A stretch of DNA of 64,000 nt from contig RHPI01003020.1 of the NCBI GenBank assembly GCA_009103225.1, positions 16,481-80,480 of the forward strand. Direction: 5' to 3'. The notes under the pieces were generated by a model. The model was not told the origin of the DNA and did not search any database. It saw nothing but the letters and a program-made list of their open reading frames with translations. This stretch comes from Chlorokybus atmophyticus. Lineage: Eukaryota; Plantae; Mesostigma and Chlorokybus algae. The translations under genes and the position numbers were made by a program. Shown piece after piece: positions 59,817 through 64,000 of the stretch (positions within the stretch are counted from its first letter, which is position 1; each line of letters opens with the position of its first letter).

Positions 59817-61730
59817 GCAGTCTTGGACGCACTTCACGTCGGCGGATGTGACGGCGAGGAAGTCCGCGCGGTTGAAGTGTATGAGCTGGGAGCTGTTGTA
59901 TGTCTCGAACCCTGCGCAGTTGATGGCACAATCCAGCGCAGCCGTCTTCGGCGGGTACGACTGACCCTTGTTTAAGTCAACGCACGCGGGACCTGATGAT
60001 AGCCACTCAGCAGTTTAGTACACCCACCCACACACATACACATCTGTGCTCGCAGCATGAAACACACGTGCACATGCACAGGTTGCAGTACACACGCGCA
60101 AGTGCACGCACATGCTCACGCAGTTCAACTACAAAGTAAACAATGACTCACCGTAAGGTGGTCCAAGGAGATTTTGCTCTACGGCAGAGAGGTCCACGTT
60201 GGCCCAAACCCCAGGTCGAATGACCTGCAGAGAGTGTGTTAGTGAGCCAGTCAGTGTGAGTGCCCACAACCACACCCACCACCACAACTTGTGTACCGCT
60301 CTGTTGCTTGGGTTGATGTGCTGCGTGGCCTCCACGTTGGTGAGCAGCACGTGGTGATGCAGCTCGAAAGCGACACCGGCGCCCCACGTGCGAGGACAGT
60401 AGTCGTCCTGCAAAGCACACGTACAACATGGTGTTAAACACGGGTCGCAGACTGGCACAGTAGGCAAGTAAGTTGTGCTTGCATGCAAGTGTCCTACATG
60501 TGGGCATGTGCAGTGAGCTTGCATGCGTGTGGCCGCGTGTTTGCTTGCATACCTGTCCTATGTTTATGGCCAGAGACAATCCTCCAGTCGGGCCTCCCGA
60601 ATAGCTCGCCAACTCGCCAAATATATCTGCCATGGAGGTGTTGGTATCTTTATAAACTAGTACACATGCACACACGCGTGCGCACGCACACACATCATGT
60701 GTGCTAATCTTACTGAAGGTGTATGCGGCGCCGTATCGTTGGTTTGGAAATGGCGTCACGGACGGGTAGAAGTCTGCGGCGGAGCACTCGCGCCCCTGAA
60801 ACGTGCACCCGACCAGCATGTCATCCAACTGATGCGCAGCATTAAGAATCTGCACACAACACATAGTCAGTCACGCAGTTTGAAACCAACAAACATTCGA
60901 ATTTGAAACCAGTACCTGAGTGTCGTTCCAGTCTAGAGGGTAGCGTTGGACCCCACCGCTGACATCCCCAAGCAGGCCGACGTCCTCCCCGCAGATATCT
61001 TCAAAGTTAGGAGTGTTCTCAACAGCAGACCTCCTGACCTGCATGGGCAAAGATCAGCCACGCTACATGCTGTTGGGGACTGTCACACACATACACATAC
61101 GGTGTTTTGGTTCCATATGGTAACTGATGGGAAGGGCAGTCCTGCCCCGTAGGATTCGTCAATGAGTGCGACATTGGTGGTTGTGTTGTGGGCGAGGTAG
61201 GCTCTGATCTGTACGGTTGCCAGCCACAAGAACACACACAACCCCGCGATGAATACCAAAAGCCACACTGACCGTCGCCTTAGACTGGTGTGGATATTCA
61301 TCGCCCTCGGTATGGCTGAAACATGAAACAGCGGGAAAATGTAATGAAAAATGTATCTATCACGCATGTAACAACAAGCACACAAGCACACATACACATG
61401 CATACACCTACCGTGCAGTGTGAAGTCCCGACATAGTTCGTCCACTCTTGGGTCAAACAGCCAGCTTGGGTCCTCTTCATCTTCATGCTGTTGATCATGA
61501 GCATTGGTGCTGAGGGCGGAGATGTTGTCGGCGTCCTTGTCCGGGGGAGGGATGCTGTCGGGGGCTACGAGTTGTGGTTGTAGTTTATGGGAAGAGGGGA
61601 AAGAGGTTGGGAGTGAGCTGGTGTGGTGATGTGATATGTCGAAGGAGGAAGAGGGCTTGATTGAAGGAGAGTCAAGCATGTGCATGTCGCCGGTGGTTTT
61701 CTCTACCACGATTATACCGTGTTCTGCCAT
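59088..61730 (-). CDS. DEG/ENaC paralogue 2, same 10-exon layout; exons 1-8 diverged from paralogue 1, exons 9-10 identical to it as assembled
   Basis: MAEHGIIVVEKTT...DFTLH|AIPRAMN...FPSVTIWNQN|VRRSAVENTPNF...|ILNAAHQLDDMLVGCTFQGRECS...YGAAYTF. Splice sites are conserved. Confidence 0.88.
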
Positions 61731-64000
61731 CCTTCCTGCGCGATCATTGTGATGTTCACTTTGTACCAGTGAGTTTTGTATCTCACACAATCACACCCCG
61801 AGCGCGTACACACACTTGCAAGAGAAGAGACGATCTCTCTAGCATGTGAGTGAGTGAGAGAGTGATATGAGTGCAAGGAGCATGTGTGCGTACTCTGACA
61901 TGCATGCTTCTGGCAAATTGCATCTGTGTGATCTCAACAATGCTGTGTACATGCGTGTGCGTGCGTGCTGATGTAAGAGACTGACAATGATAGCTTAAGC
62001 AAAATGATGCGAGTGAGTGCAAAGAGGAAGGAGCGTGCGTTAGTATTTATAAGTACTCTGCCATTGAAAATCTGCTAGGAAGACTGCAGTTACGTTTACG
62101 TCATCACATCCACCTAGATCGGCCAAGCGCTGTGCTCACGACAGCAGCGCTTACCTGGCAAAACTGCTGGGCTGCCAGGCCAGGCCAGGCTCAGCAACCA
62201 AGCCAGCCAGCCAAACGTCACCACCTCCCAGTCCTACACCGTGGCAAACTTCTCTGCCTACATACTCTGCCGTTAAAGTATGTTTCACTCTTTCTGGAAA
62301 TAACTTGAGGGGAAAGAGTGTGGTGCACACACGCCGCCCAATCTGCTTGCCACTCACGCAAAATGGCTAGGCTATCTACTCTATGCTGTAGCAGCCTTGG
62401 CATGCCAACACTTGCACCCGCGGCGCCGGGACAGGTGCTGACACGCAATCATTCATCACCGGCAGTAACCGGCTTACTGACGTACGGTGACCGACGTAAA
62501 CGCCATCAAACCGGATATACAGGGCATTATATACCGGCTAGAGTGTCCAACCTGGACCGACCCCTGGCTGTCGTTTCGCCCCTGAAGCGGGCACTTAAGC
62601 TGCCGCGCGACACGCGGTTAAACGTGGTTTTGCGCCCGGCCGCGCAGTCAGGGAACGCACGCTGTGGTTACCATATGATCCTTGCGGTCGGGCATCACCG
62701 CTCGGTGTGATTCGCAGCTTACTAGCCGTGACGCACCGCGTCACTTACTAAACCGAATCTCTGATGGCGCCGCCGGAATAGGTTGCAGCTGGTGCCCTTG
62801 CTGCGTTAGCCACACCACGTGGCACCATCGGGCGCATTCAGGTAGATGCAACTGCGCACCGCAGGCGGGGAGGGGGCTTCGTGAAACTCATGAACTCATG
62901 AACTCCGTAAGTTACGACTGCTCCAACTTGGAGCCTCCAAGCCTCGACAAGATTGCCGTTGCATGTTGATCATGTATTTAATTTAGTGCGGATGTATGAG
63001 CTATTCAAGTAACATGCAAGGCACACACAAACACACAACATTCACACGCTCAAACACATGCACAACAGCGAGCAAGCCTTAAAATAAATATAGAGGCATA
63101 GAGGCATACATGCACTATCTATGTGCACTAATTACGTGCGTGCAAGGGGTGAAGATGAGGGCGGGTGAGCAGGCAGGGCAGGGCAGGGCAAAGGCGCGCA
63201 AAGAACCACCACTTGTGGTGGCGCAGCAGCAGCAACGACAGGCGTTTGACGTTGCAATCCTCGCAGGTGCACACCAATAGCAGCAGCAGCAAGCAGGTAG
63301 CAAGGCAGCAGGGCGAGGGCGGGGTGAGGGATGCTGTGCTGTGCGGTGTTGTGGTTGGCGGTGCAGTGCAGCCAAAGGTAGTAGTGTCCAATGTAAGACC
63401 CGTCACAAGTAGTTACAAACAGTCAAAATCAGTCCAAAATAGCCTGCAATCAAAGTCTCCAAGGTCTTGTCATAATTAAGGCAAGATTAGCAAATGCAGA
63501 CCAGTGTGTAATTGATAAGACGTAAGAACTGACTGTCACGCAAGAGCAGCATGCAGACATAGTATGTACATGCGCATGCCTTAAGTTAGTCATTAGCTAA
63601 TACAGAGTTAATTGCATTAATATATGCTCTTTCTACTCGTTTTTGATACATTACGTCGTTATCATGGTATATCATAGGTTGACGTGGCCAGTACGCAAGG
63701 TTTTCCATACGAAGTTCATATGATTGGACAAAACTTCACAGGGTATCGATCATGGTATCTCATGCACAAATATGCGTGCACATGCTAGTCTGCATCACCA
63801 GGCAAGCGGAGCAATCACAAGCAGAGGCAATTCATTTATGTTACATCCAACGCTTGCGCAGAGGTTGTCTTGTTACTTCAGTCTCAGCAGGAACACCAGC
63901 GTAATGTTGTAGAAAATCACTTTGCCAGGCTTGCATAGCATAGATCAGCTGTACACGCCTGCCATGCATACTTGAACCCAAAGGTTGTTTATATGCCCCC

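Noticed and set aside
63115-63479. Overlapping short ORFs near the window end
   Set aside because: Low-complexity (GCA)n/(GGGCA)n sequence. It could be a UTR, but no coding evidence.

Overview
Eukaryotic genomic DNA, not prokaryotic: no CRISPR, rRNA or tRNA genes were found. Plant-type tRNA-iMet primer sites and a PHD-finger Gypsy element suggest a green-lineage alga (inference). Bases ~2.3-37 kb are a nested retroelement graveyard. It holds two solo LTRs, a full-length Tx1/L1-like LINE, four decayed Ty1/copia elements, a 474-bp TRIM, a 2-kb non-autonomous LTR element, and a 532-bp element with palindromic ends. A Ty3/Gypsy remnant in this stretch carries a cytosine-C5 DNA methyltransferase domain and a C-terminal PHD finger. 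At 42.3-45.1 kb is an intact-looking, 5-intron pogo-family (DD35D) DNA transposon with perfect 27-bp TIRs. At 47-62 kb is a cluster of 10-exon DEG/ENaC (ASIC/ENaC-like) ion-channel genes of ~600 aa, a family usually regarded as mainly animal. They have an altered HG motif and a reduced cysteine set. The assembly shows three full copies plus a 3' fragment, but a 6.6-kb block of apparently exact duplicate sequence bounded by homopolymer runs and gaps suggests only two convergent paralogues are real. All exon models and motif assignments were read by eye, without database searches.
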